Shown here one piece after another: positions 1 to 8,614 of a DNA stretch of 57,366 bases. Each line of letters begins with the position of its first letter. Position 1 is the stretch's first letter. The position numbers were made by a program, and so were the translations under genes. Source of the stretch: a virus. Lineage: Duplodnaviria; Caudoviricetes. The stretch is taken from positions 1 to 57,366 of the IMG/VR virus record IMGVR_UViG_3300045974_001005; one strand, written 5' to 3'. The notes under the pieces were generated by a model. The model saw nothing but the letters and a program-made list of their open reading frames with translations, had not been told where the DNA came from and searched no databases.

Positions 1-768
1 ATGTATTTTTTCATGCTTAAAAATCATAGTTGGCGGATACGCCTGCAAGCCGCTTTCGCAACCTGGCTGGGGCGTGCGTTACCCGCGCCAGCAAACAACC
101 TGCCACCAACCGTTTCACCCGCCACGCCCGTAGCGCCTGCAACCCCGCTACCCGTTGCTGCGCAAGCCAGCACATCCGCATCCATCACCCCAATCACATG
201 GTTCGCCGCGCTGTCACGCGATCTTTTGCCCGTGCTTTTCATCGACACAGCATCAGGCCAGCTTATTAAAATCAACGGCATGTCGCGCAAGCAGTTGGCG
301 GAATATCTGCGCTGCCCAATTTACACCGACCACACCACCCGCTGGACTTCGCTTGGCAATGAATTGCGCCGCGAAGGTTTCACGGTTGCCACGGCATTTC
401 AGGCGCAGGAAGATGCCTTGCTCGCCATGGAAGCGCTGGAAAGCGCAAGATGGTATGCCACTGCCCAACTGGCGCATCTGGACAACGAAATCCATCAAAC
501 CTTTGTGACGCTGATCGCACCGCTGATAGAACACGGCGATGATGCCACAGCCGTTACCCCACTGATGAGCAAAGCCGCGCTGGCCAACTTTGCGCAGTTG
601 CTGGTCTGCCGCAAAACCATGAGCGAGGAACTGGCCCGGATTGACGAAGAAGCCATCCCGACCCTGCAACGGATTGGCATGGCGCTACCTGCCGAAATGG
701 TGAGCGCCCTCACTGCCACCCGCAGCCAAGCGCCAGCTTACGCCCCCACCAGCGAGTGCGCAGCATGA
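1..768 (+). CDS. Hypothetical protein with Pro/Ala-rich N-terminal linker and C-terminal helical hairpin (start may be at 13)
   Basis: 255-aa ORF; its stop overlaps the next start (ATGA at 765-768). Confidence 0.7.
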   Translation: MYFFMLKNHSWRIRLQAAFATWLGRALPAPANNLPPTVSPATPVAPATPLPVAAQASTSASITPITWFAALSRDLLPVLFIDTASGQLIKINGMSRKQLAEYLRCPIYTDHTTRWTSLGNELRREGFTVATAFQAQEDALLAMEALESARWYATAQLAHLDNEIHQTFVTLIAPLIEHGDDATAVTPLMSKAALANFAQLLVCRKTMSEELARIDEEAIPTLQRIGMALPAEMVSALTATRSQAPAYAPTSECAA

Positions 769-1232
769 AGCCTGACATCCGCACCCGCACCGCGTACCCG
801 CCCCTGCGCACCCAATTTGCGCAACGGCTTTGGTGCCCCAGCCCCGGATGGACGCCATGCCACGCACTGCGCGCTGCACAAGTACGCCATGCAGGCGCAT
901 TGCAGCCAGTGCACACGCAGGATTGCCAACCGGATGGCCGCGCACTGGCCAAGCTGCGTGCGCTGACACGCACCCAACGCTATGCCCAAAATGAATTGGC
1001 CCAACTTGAAGCGGAATTGGCCGCGCTGCTGAAAACCATCGGCCCGCCACCGCAAGGCTTGGCTGCATGCGCAGCCTCCGCCACCACCGCAAAGGCCCGC
1101 GCCAAGCACCGCAGATTGAAGGGGTTGCAAATCGCCTGTCGGGATATCAGGGAAGAATTGGCATGGATTGATGCCGACCTGAAAGCCGCATGGGACGAGA
1201 TCGAAGCAAGCCAATCCGCCGCCCCGGCCTGA
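765..1232 (+). CDS. Hypothetical coiled-coil protein, apparent paralogue of the 1-768 C-terminus
   Basis: ATGA coupling at 765; segments RYAQNELAQLEAEL and CRDIREELAWIDAD resemble ORF1. Confidence 0.7.
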   Translation: MKPDIRTRTAYPPLRTQFAQRLWCPSPGWTPCHALRAAQVRHAGALQPVHTQDCQPDGRALAKLRALTRTQRYAQNELAQLEAELAALLKTIGPPPQGLAACAASATTAKARAKHRRLKGLQIACRDIREELAWIDADLKAAWDEIEASQSAAPA

Positions 1233-1287
1233 ACCGTTTTCCGTGTCGATCCTCAGTCGTAGCGGCATTCTGCCAAAGCAACTGTTC

Positions 1288-1335
1288 AGGGCGGGTGGGA
1301 AGGCTGATGTTGCCGTACCCGTTCGCCCTTTTTTT
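1288..1335 (+). terminator. Intrinsic terminator or attenuator upstream of the hsdM-like cluster
   Basis: Stem AGGGCGGGTGGG / CCCGTTCGCCCT (with G-U pairs) followed by a T-tract at 1329-1335. Confidence 0.7.
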
Positions 1336-1364
1336 ATTTCATTTTTCATGAAGCACAGCTACCC

Positions 1365-2636
1365 ATGATATCCACCTCACCGCTTACCGACCGCAGGCTG
1401 TTACCGCTGGAACAGGTGCGCTTGCGCATGCCACAATCATGGCAAACTCCCCTTGTCGCCGATGCCCTGCTGACCTTGCTGTTCTTCCGGCTCGTATCCT
1501 GCCATTGGACTGAGGAAGCCATGCGGTTTCAGGTCGCAGGCAAGGCGAGCGAAACGCTTTTGCAAGCCATGCTGGACAGCGGCCAATTCTTGATGAGTGC
1601 CAATGCGATGTTTGCGAACTGTCGGGCGGGCAACCCGGCGCACCTTGGTGCAGCGATTCAGGAAACCATGCAGACATGGATCAACTCGCAGGTGAGCGAT
1701 ACCGCGCATAAAAAGCTGGCCGCGATTCTCCGCCCGGAACGCTTTGGCAACCTGTTCGCCGATGCCAGTGAATTGGCCAAGGCGCTCGATCTGATCGACG
1801 CCATCACCATTGACCCTGCCACCCCTTCGCCGCAACTCGGTGCATTGTTTGCGCAGGCCATGCACTTGCTGGGCAGCGGCCCCGCGCCCGCCGTGCAGGA
1901 CGCCATGGTGCGGCTGGCGCAACTGGTGCAACCGCAAGCCAACGAGATCGTGTTTGATCCGGCTTGCGGCCAAGGCAACCTGTTGCAATCGTGCGCGGCA
2001 GCGCTGGCACTGCGTGCCCCCGCCAGCACGATGCACTTGTGCGGCATGCAAGCACTGCCAGACGATTGGGCACTGGCCTGCATGCTGCTGCACCTGTCCG
2101 GTCAGCACCATTTTTCGTTGACCCTTGGCGGGCCAACCCATACCCCGATTGCCGCGCAGATATTCCAGCAAGTGACGCCTGCCGATCTGGTGGTGACCAT
2201 GTTGGTACACAAGACACCCATGGCGCAAGCCGTGACCACCCTTCGCTATGCGCTGGCCTGCATGAAACCTGACACCGGGCGCATGGGCGTGCTGGTGCCG
2301 TTGTCCCTGCTGGCATCCATTGAGGGCAAGACCATCATCCGCTTGCTGCTGGAACAGGATTTTCTTGATGCCGCAGTTGGCCCGCTGACAGACGATGCGT
2401 CACCGCTGTTGATCCTGCTGCTACGCCAACAACGCACGCGTGTCCCGGTGGCTTTCATCAGCGCCGCCCCGGATGGCGATGCGGCAGACAATGCGGCAGC
2501 GGCGCTTGCAGCCTGGCAACAGGGGCAAAGCCATGCAGCCTTGCGCGAGCTTGACCCGCAGGCCATCGCAAATCGGCAGTACACACTTGTTGCCCACAAC
2601 GAAGGCCAATCCGGCGCTGACCGGGGTGGTGGGTAA
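1365..2636 (+). CDS. HsdM-like N6-adenine methyltransferase homologue 1, catalytic motif lost
   Basis: Motif I VFDPACGQGNLL; HsdM-type GRMGVLVP and FLDAAV segments; motif IV position reads ADLVVTMLVH rather than DxVxxNPPF. Confidence 0.8.
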   Translation: MISTSPLTDRRLLPLEQVRLRMPQSWQTPLVADALLTLLFFRLVSCHWTEEAMRFQVAGKASETLLQAMLDSGQFLMSANAMFANCRAGNPAHLGAAIQETMQTWINSQVSDTAHKKLAAILRPERFGNLFADASELAKALDLIDAITIDPATPSPQLGALFAQAMHLLGSGPAPAVQDAMVRLAQLVQPQANEIVFDPACGQGNLLQSCAAALALRAPASTMHLCGMQALPDDWALACMLLHLSGQHHFSLTLGGPTHTPIAAQIFQQVTPADLVVTMLVHKTPMAQAVTTLRYALACMKPDTGRMGVLVPLSLLASIEGKTIIRLLLEQDFLDAAVGPLTDDASPLLILLLRQQRTRVPVAFISAAPDGDAADNAAAALAAWQQGQSHAALRELDPQAIANRQYTLVAHNEGQSGADRGGG

Positions 2637-2857
2637 GTATCCATTTTGGCGGCAACGCCAATACCGAATCTGTTGCAAGTTGAGCCGACCATGACACGGT
2701 TCGATTTGTGGCAGATGTCTCCCGCGATGTTTGTCATTCATCGCGCTTCTTGGGCTGGTGTGTGCATTTAACCCCTGTTCACTCCAAGACGTGTGTTTCC
2801 CGCACCAGCCCTTGTTTTTAGCCAACCGAATTCAACCCGTTTTATTTTTCAAAGCGC

Positions 2858-4225
2858 ATGAACAACAATGCCGCACTCATGATCTACCGCGCCAAGGCGC
2901 TGATGCCCACCTCCATGGGCGCACACGAATGCGCAGACATGCTGGTGACCTTGTTATTTTGGAAGCTGGTTTCCGACTGGTGGCGCAGCGGCGCACCGCA
3001 CTGGTGGCAATCCTATTCCGGCAGAAACCCGGCCTGCGTCGCCATGGAACGGCAAAATGTCCTGCTGTGCGCTGACGCCGCCATTTACGAAGCCTGCCAG
3101 TGGCCGCATGGCGGCGAAACGAATGAAGCCATCGAGGCCGGCAAGGCAATTCGTGCATCGCTGTATGCCTTGGCACGGGCACAAACCAAACCCGCTGCGA
3201 TGATGGACATGTTGCGCCCGGAACGCTTTGGTGAATTGGGCGAGTTCGCCGCTTCATTCCGCTGCGCCAATACCTTGCCAAAGGTGATCGATATCATCGG
3301 TGGCATCAGCAACATCCCGCCCGAGCGAATGGGCAAGACCTTGATTGATCTGGTCGGCACGCTGGAAATGTACCCACCGTGGCCAACGGCCAGAAGCATC
3401 AGGCTGATGGCGAAGTTGCTCAATCCCTTGCGTGGTGAAACCGTGCTTGACCCGGCCTGCGGCAGCGGACAATTGTTGCTGGCCTTGGTGGCGGACATCG
3501 AAAGGCACGAGCGCGACCATGAACTGGTATTGCTTGGCCAAGAAAACCGCACCAGCCAATGGGCCATCACCAAAATGCAATTGCTGCTGCGGCCCCTGAT
3601 GCTGCATCGGGTGGACAAATCCGACGCGTTGGATTCGCCCTTGCTGGACAGCGCAACAGAGCAGTTGCAACAGGCCGACGTGGTGGTGCTGGCCGTCCCT
3701 GACGAAGCGCAGGAATGGAACCCGGCAAGCCATTCTCACGATGCGCGCTTCCCGCACGGCGTACCGGAAAGCGGCCGCATTGCCCTGATGTGGCATGCGC
3801 TGGCCTGCATGAAGGCGGACAGCGGGCGCTTGGGTCTGCTGGTGTCGGGCTCGCTCTTGGCCCTTGATGCCAGTTTGCCGCTGCGCCGCTATCTGGTGGA
3901 TAAGCAGTTGCTGGAAGCCATCATCCAGTTGCCGCGCATACGTCGCCAAACCGTGCAAAGCGCAGGGTGTTTGCTGCTGATTCGTCCGGCGCAAGCAACG
4001 ATTGCGCTCATCGGTAAGCCCTTGCCGCAAAGCGATGCGGACAAATCCAACTATTCCACCGACGACATCGAAGCGGCTTGGAACGACTTGCGCATGTGCC
4101 GTACTCACCCCTGCCTGCAAACGGTGTCGGGCGCAACCATTGCCGCGCAAGGCTACCCATTTGTTCCTCCTGCCATACCCGAACCTGCTGACCCTGCACC
4201 CCCTTGCCAGAAAGCCAAGCCATGA
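2858..4225 (+). CDS. HsdM-like N6-adenine methyltransferase homologue 2, catalytic motif lost
   Basis: LLFWKLVSD N-terminal motif, VLDPACGSGQLL, LLGQE, DARFPHGVP, LLEAIIQLP; motif IV position reads ADVVVLAVPD. Confidence 0.85.
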   Translation: MNNNAALMIYRAKALMPTSMGAHECADMLVTLLFWKLVSDWWRSGAPHWWQSYSGRNPACVAMERQNVLLCADAAIYEACQWPHGGETNEAIEAGKAIRASLYALARAQTKPAAMMDMLRPERFGELGEFAASFRCANTLPKVIDIIGGISNIPPERMGKTLIDLVGTLEMYPPWPTARSIRLMAKLLNPLRGETVLDPACGSGQLLLALVADIERHERDHELVLLGQENRTSQWAITKMQLLLRPLMLHRVDKSDALDSPLLDSATEQLQQADVVVLAVPDEAQEWNPASHSHDARFPHGVPESGRIALMWHALACMKADSGRLGLLVSGSLLALDASLPLRRYLVDKQLLEAIIQLPRIRRQTVQSAGCLLLIRPAQATIALIGKPLPQSDADKSNYSTDDIEAAWNDLRMCRTHPCLQTVSGATIAAQGYPFVPPAIPEPADPAPPCQKAKP

Positions 4226-5499
4226 CCTCTTTACTGTCCACCCTCGAATCCGCCCTCAGCCTGATGCCGCACGACGTTGCGGTTGGCACCCGTGCCAGCG
4301 TGTTGTTGCAATTGCTGTTGCTCAAGGCCCATTCTGACATTTGGCAACATCAGGTGACCCAGGCGGAAAAGGCAGGCACACCACTCTGCGCCTTCAACGC
4401 CAACCAAACCCAACGCAAGCAACTGTTGATGAACGACGCCTGCCTGTACGACAACTGCCTGTCCGCGCCACCCGAAGAGACGGGCAAGGCCATCCGCGAT
4501 GCCCTGCTTGCCTTTGTCACCTGTCAGGCGCACGGCGAACTCCATGGTGTATTCCAACCGGAACAGTTTTTGCGCCTTGATTCGCTATTGAGTCAGCATG
4601 GCAAAACCACGCATCTGGCCGACATGGTGCGGGCCTTGGGTGAATTGTCCTTTGCCGACATCCTGCCATCGCCTGATCTTGGGGAAGTCATTGCGCAGGC
4701 TTTCATAACGCTGGGCCTTGGCCCCGATCCGGCACAGTGCGAGGCCGCCCAATTGATGGTGCAATTATTAAAACTAAAAAACGGGCAACGGTTATTTGAT
4801 CCGGCGTGCAGTCAAGGTATGCTGCTGTATGCCGCCGCCAGCCATATGGCGCGCTTTGCCCCCGCCGAGGCAGTTGGCTTGTGTGGCATGACGGCAAACC
4901 GGAACGATTTTACGGTCGCCAGCATTTTGTTCATCCTGTGCGGCCAACCGCAAGCGCGCCTGCATCTGCGGGACTGCCTTGATGTCATGGCACAACAAAG
5001 CCCGCAATCTGATCTGGTGCAGGCCGACCGGGTTTTGACCATCATCCCCGATGCTGCCATTGCGTGGAACCATGCGCTGGCATTGCGCGATGCTGATCCG
5101 CGCTTTCCGGTACGGCCCCCGGCAGATAGCCGCGTGGCGCAGTTCTGGATTGCCTTGGCCAGTGTCAACCGCTCTGGACGCATGGCCGCATCGATTCCCG
5201 CACACCTGTTTGAGAGCGTGGACGGCAATGCCTTGCGCGCATATCTACTCAAGCACAACCTGCTGGAAGCGGTTATCGCATGGCCTGCGCCAGCCACGGA
5301 AGCAAGCCCTGTAATGAAAGGGCGCAATCTTGTTTTGCTGAATCGGCAAAACCCGCATGCCGGATCGGCTTGGATTGGCCCCGGATTGGGCAATCCGGCC
5401 AACGATAGCGGCGTACCTTATGACGCCAACAACGTTCTGTTGGCGTATGGCGCATGGCTACAGCAAAAACGCAATCCGCATTTGCTGGCCGGGTCATGA
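4222..5499 (+). CDS. HsdM-like N6-adenine methyltransferase homologue 3, catalytic motif lost
   Basis: ATGA coupling at 4222-4225; LFDPACSQGMLL, DPRFPVRPP, LLEAVIAWP; motif IV position reads ADRVLTIIPD. Confidence 0.8.
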   Translation: MTSLLSTLESALSLMPHDVAVGTRASVLLQLLLLKAHSDIWQHQVTQAEKAGTPLCAFNANQTQRKQLLMNDACLYDNCLSAPPEETGKAIRDALLAFVTCQAHGELHGVFQPEQFLRLDSLLSQHGKTTHLADMVRALGELSFADILPSPDLGEVIAQAFITLGLGPDPAQCEAAQLMVQLLKLKNGQRLFDPACSQGMLLYAAASHMARFAPAEAVGLCGMTANRNDFTVASILFILCGQPQARLHLRDCLDVMAQQSPQSDLVQADRVLTIIPDAAIAWNHALALRDADPRFPVRPPADSRVAQFWIALASVNRSGRMAASIPAHLFESVDGNALRAYLLKHNLLEAVIAWPAPATEASPVMKGRNLVLLNRQNPHAGSAWIGPGLGNPANDSGVPYDANNVLLAYGAWLQQKRNPHLLAGS

Positions 5500-5563
5500 T
5501 TGCGCCCGGTTCGTATTGCCAACTGGCTTGATCAACAAACCAAACCCCTACCGAAAGGAAACC

Positions 5564-5917
5564 ATGGAACTTTCAGATATGTCCCTCTCGCAATTGCGGG
5601 ACTTGCAAAACCAGTTGAGCGCCGAAATACAGCGGCGCAACCAAGCCGAAATTGAATGCGCCCGGCAACAGATTCTGGCCATTGCCGCCAGCGCAGGCAT
5701 GTCGCTTGCCGCTCTGCTTGCCATACCGAAACGGGCAGCATCACTAAAAGCCAAGTCCGTTCCCGTGCGCTACCGCCATCCGCACGATGCCACCCTGCAA
5801 TGGACTGGCCGTGGCCGTGCGCCCTTGTGGGTAGCCGAATGGGTCAACGAGCACGGCAACCGCGATGGACTGCGCATTGCCGACACCAATCAATCAGTGA
5901 ATGGAGGTCAAGCATGA
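5564..5917 (+). CDS. hns: H-NS family nucleoid-associated protein
   Basis: SD AAAGGA before ATG 5564; C-terminal RYRHP...QWTGRGRAPLW DNA-binding signature; N-terminal coiled coil. Confidence 0.93.
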   Translation: MELSDMSLSQLRDLQNQLSAEIQRRNQAEIECARQQILAIAASAGMSLAALLAIPKRAASLKAKSVPVRYRHPHDATLQWTGRGRAPLWVAEWVNEHGNRDGLRIADTNQSVNGGQA

Positions 5918-6507
5918 AAACAGAAGTCGAATTGCATCACCGCGCCGAATTACGTCAAGCCAGTGGCACGCCAATCGCTGGCGAAAAGAACCAAGGCTTG
6001 GTGGTGGTCTTCACGGGCAAGGGCAAAGGCAAGACCACTGCCGCCATCGGCATGGCATGGCGCATGATCGCTGCACAAAAACAGGTCGCGGTGCTGCAAT
6101 TTGTCAGCGCCATGGATAACAGCGCCGAATTGCAGACCTTGGGGCAAAACCCGCTGTGCACATTCAAAGTGTATGGCAGCGCTTGCCAATGGCAAGGCAC
6201 AAGCCACAAGGCGGATGTCGGCGCGGTCAATGCCATATGGCACGATGCAAAAAACCTGATGGCCAATCCGGCCATCAGCATGCTGATTCTGGACGACATC
6301 CTGCCCGTGATCGGCAACTCCTATTTGAATCTGGATGCATTGATACAGGCGTTGAAGAACCGCCGCCCCGATTTGCATGTGGTGCTCACCGGACGCAATG
6401 CCGTGTTTGAACTGACCGATTTTGCCGATCTGGTGACCGACATGCGCTGCATGAAACATCCGTACCCGGATAAAAAGATCGCGCCACAGCCAGGTATCGA
6501 GTTTTAA
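5914..6507 (+). CDS. cobO: ATP:corrinoid adenosyltransferase (CobA/CobO/BtuR family), atypical
   Basis: SD GGAGG and ATGA overlap with hns; GLVVVFTGKGKGKTTAA P-loop, HVVLTGR, ADLVTDM, KHPY, C-terminal GIEF. Confidence 0.88.
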   Translation: MKTEVELHHRAELRQASGTPIAGEKNQGLVVVFTGKGKGKTTAAIGMAWRMIAAQKQVAVLQFVSAMDNSAELQTLGQNPLCTFKVYGSACQWQGTSHKADVGAVNAIWHDAKNLMANPAISMLILDDILPVIGNSYLNLDALIQALKNRRPDLHVVLTGRNAVFELTDFADLVTDMRCMKHPYPDKKIAPQPGIEF

Positions 6508-6544
6508 AAACCTGCTGCCAACGGACAATGACAGGGGAAATGAC

Positions 6545-7702
6545 ATGACCGTTTTACATGTGCCACTGCTGGACGTGGTGCGCATCAATCCAGAGCCAGC
6601 CATGGATGGGCGAGTAGGCAAGGTGGCCTACATCAGCGCCGACCAGATCAAGCCCGATACGCTGGACGTACAAGCCGAAGTCCGGGCTGATATTGACCTG
6701 TCAGGCAAACCCGGCTGTTTTCAGGCAAACGATTTATTGCTGCCCGACCAATGGCGCAAACTGGCAGCGGGCGCGGTTTGCCAAGTTCATAGTGATCTGC
6801 CCCATGGCTACCATGACGGCGAGTTGCTGACACTGCGCGCCGATCCGCATCATTTGGACAATCGTCTTTTGTTGTACCTGTTACGCCAACCCGCGATGGC
6901 AGATCAAATCCGGGACTGGTATGCCAACCAGTCCAACAAAATAAGGAGGGTGGCGACATTTTTGCAGCAATTGCGCCTGCCGCTGCCACCGCTACGCACG
7001 CAAAGAGAGTGGCTGACGCAACTGAACCAGGCGTCAGAGCATTGCCAGCGGCAACAAGTGCAATGGCTGGCTTTGGATCAACGGCGTCGGCACCTGTTCA
7101 TGGATGTATTTGGCACAGCGGCACAGATGCAGCAACGGTGGCCTGCCGTGCCGCTGCCCAGCCTGCTGCATGGCTATCGGATGGGGGCGGAATCGACTTA
7201 TCGCGCCCTCTATCAAGGCCCGTTGATGATCCTGCCTGCCCACCTTGGTAGCCATCGTTTTAGCTGTGCCGATCCGGTTTTTCTGCACGAAGGGCGACCA
7301 CCACCCAGCAGCCTGCAAATATTCGCAGGGGACGTGCTGCTTGACACCGGCATCGGTACGGCGCATGCAACTGCGGTTCCCGCAGGGATACCAACCGCCT
7401 TTGCCGGGTCGGGCGTGGCCCTGATGCGGCCAAAACAGGTCGAGCCGGGTTTTCTGGCGGGCTACTTTTGCGCCGAGATCGCTGTCCAGGCGTTTGAAAA
7501 GCAAATCACGGATAAAAAACAGCAGGCGATCAAGCGTAGCAACCTGACGGCATTGTCGGTGCATTTGCCGCCTGCCGAATTGCAAAAGGTCTTTGTTGAA
7601 CAGAGCGCGGCCACTTTGCCCGAGATCGACGAAGCCGAGCGCCAATGGCGGCACGCCTGCAAACAGTTGGCGTTGCTGGCACGCCAGCTATTCGGCTCCT
7701 GA
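6545..7702 (+). CDS. Type I restriction-modification specificity subunit homologue (HsdS-like, diverged)
   Basis: Two TRD-like halves, each followed by a conserved-region motif (LPLPPLRTQ; HLPPAELQKVF); central FMDVFG...W linker; GDVLL. Confidence 0.8.
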   Translation: MTVLHVPLLDVVRINPEPAMDGRVGKVAYISADQIKPDTLDVQAEVRADIDLSGKPGCFQANDLLLPDQWRKLAAGAVCQVHSDLPHGYHDGELLTLRADPHHLDNRLLLYLLRQPAMADQIRDWYANQSNKIRRVATFLQQLRLPLPPLRTQREWLTQLNQASEHCQRQQVQWLALDQRRRHLFMDVFGTAAQMQQRWPAVPLPSLLHGYRMGAESTYRALYQGPLMILPAHLGSHRFSCADPVFLHEGRPPPSSLQIFAGDVLLDTGIGTAHATAVPAGIPTAFAGSGVALMRPKQVEPGFLAGYFCAEIAVQAFEKQITDKKQQAIKRSNLTALSVHLPPAELQKVFVEQSAATLPEIDEAERQWRHACKQLALLARQLFGS

Positions 7703-7766
7703 TTGGGTAATCCGTTTTTTTGCTTTCTGTCTTTTGCCCTTTTACTCTTTTTTATTGGAAATTACC

Positions 7767-8432
7767 ATGCGCGTTTCTTCGACCATTTTCCTGTTGACCT
7801 GTCTTTTGGCAAGCGCCATCCTTCCCGCGCACGCGGCAGAAAACGAAGTCAGGGTGCCCATCCCGGCCATCGGCCTGGGATCGCCCGCCGCCACCTTGGT
7901 CAAAATCATTTGGGATTCCACCAAACCCGCGCAAATTACCTTGAACCCCACGAACGCAAAACCCATGGCAGCGGCCAGCATGCCGCCCATGGTCGGCGAA
8001 TTGTTGCGCGTGGAGCCCAGCATACCGATAGCGGGCGCACGCGCCAGTTGGTTGGCTTTTGCCCAATCCGACATCAGTCTTTGCGCCGTCAAAGCCGATT
8101 CGCCCGATCTGGTTTGCGTGCGTCTGGCGGTGCCCAACCTTGGCGCAACCTGGGTCAGTGTCGAAGCGGATGCGCCAAGCGGGCATTTTGCCCTGCGTTA
8201 CCGCTTTCGCTACGACCAGCGCTTGAACGGCATGGTCATCCATACCCCCCTGCTGGGGACGGTCGCCATTGGCCTGGCACACGCGATTGCCGGGGCCAGC
8301 GCCGCAATGGGAGACTTTTTCGTGACGGGCAATCCCGATTCCATCGCCGTGACCGCTGATACCTGCATCGCCGGGGTGCGTGACGGCGTGGCGTGGGAAC
8401 GCGGTGAAGGGTGTAGTCCACTGCCAAAATGA
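7767..8432 (+). CDS. Secreted or periplasmic hypothetical protein
   Basis: Signal peptide MRVSSTIFLLTCLLASAILPAHA; paired cysteines. Confidence 0.7.
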   Translation: MRVSSTIFLLTCLLASAILPAHAAENEVRVPIPAIGLGSPAATLVKIIWDSTKPAQITLNPTNAKPMAAASMPPMVGELLRVEPSIPIAGARASWLAFAQSDISLCAVKADSPDLVCVRLAVPNLGATWVSVEADAPSGHFALRYRFRYDQRLNGMVIHTPLLGTVAIGLAHAIAGASAAMGDFFVTGNPDSIAVTADTCIAGVRDGVAWERGEGCSPLPK

Positions 8433-8614
8433 GCGCCTGATCAACTGCGCCACACTGTCCCCGCGTGCCCATTTTGAAAGGTACAGATACAAAAGTCACG
8501 ATGCAAGTGACTGTTTTTACGAAGCGGCACAGAGTGCATCATCAATGGGAGCGATTGGAAGCGCTTGTTTTGATATGCGATATTTACTTTAACTGTTATG
8601 CATGGAGCAGTCGT

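Noticed and set aside
1276-1306. Cobalamin riboswitch call based on GCAACTGT and GGGAAGGC
   Set aside because: The other conserved elements are not evident and the region is short; kept only as a note in the attenuator finding.
2637-2857. Short ORFs in the gap between hsdM-like genes 1 and 2
   Set aside because: No SD or recognisable product; cannot be supported from sequence alone.
5357-5913. Long N-terminal extensions of hns (from 5357) and cobO (from 5656) in the ORF track
   Set aside because: Strong SD sites and family lengths support starts at 5564 and 5914.
1365-7702. Annotation as a functional type I R-M system, or as pseudogenes
   Set aside because: No NPPF in any M-like copy and no hsdR, so not a standard system; ORFs are full length and coupled, so not obviously pseudogenes.
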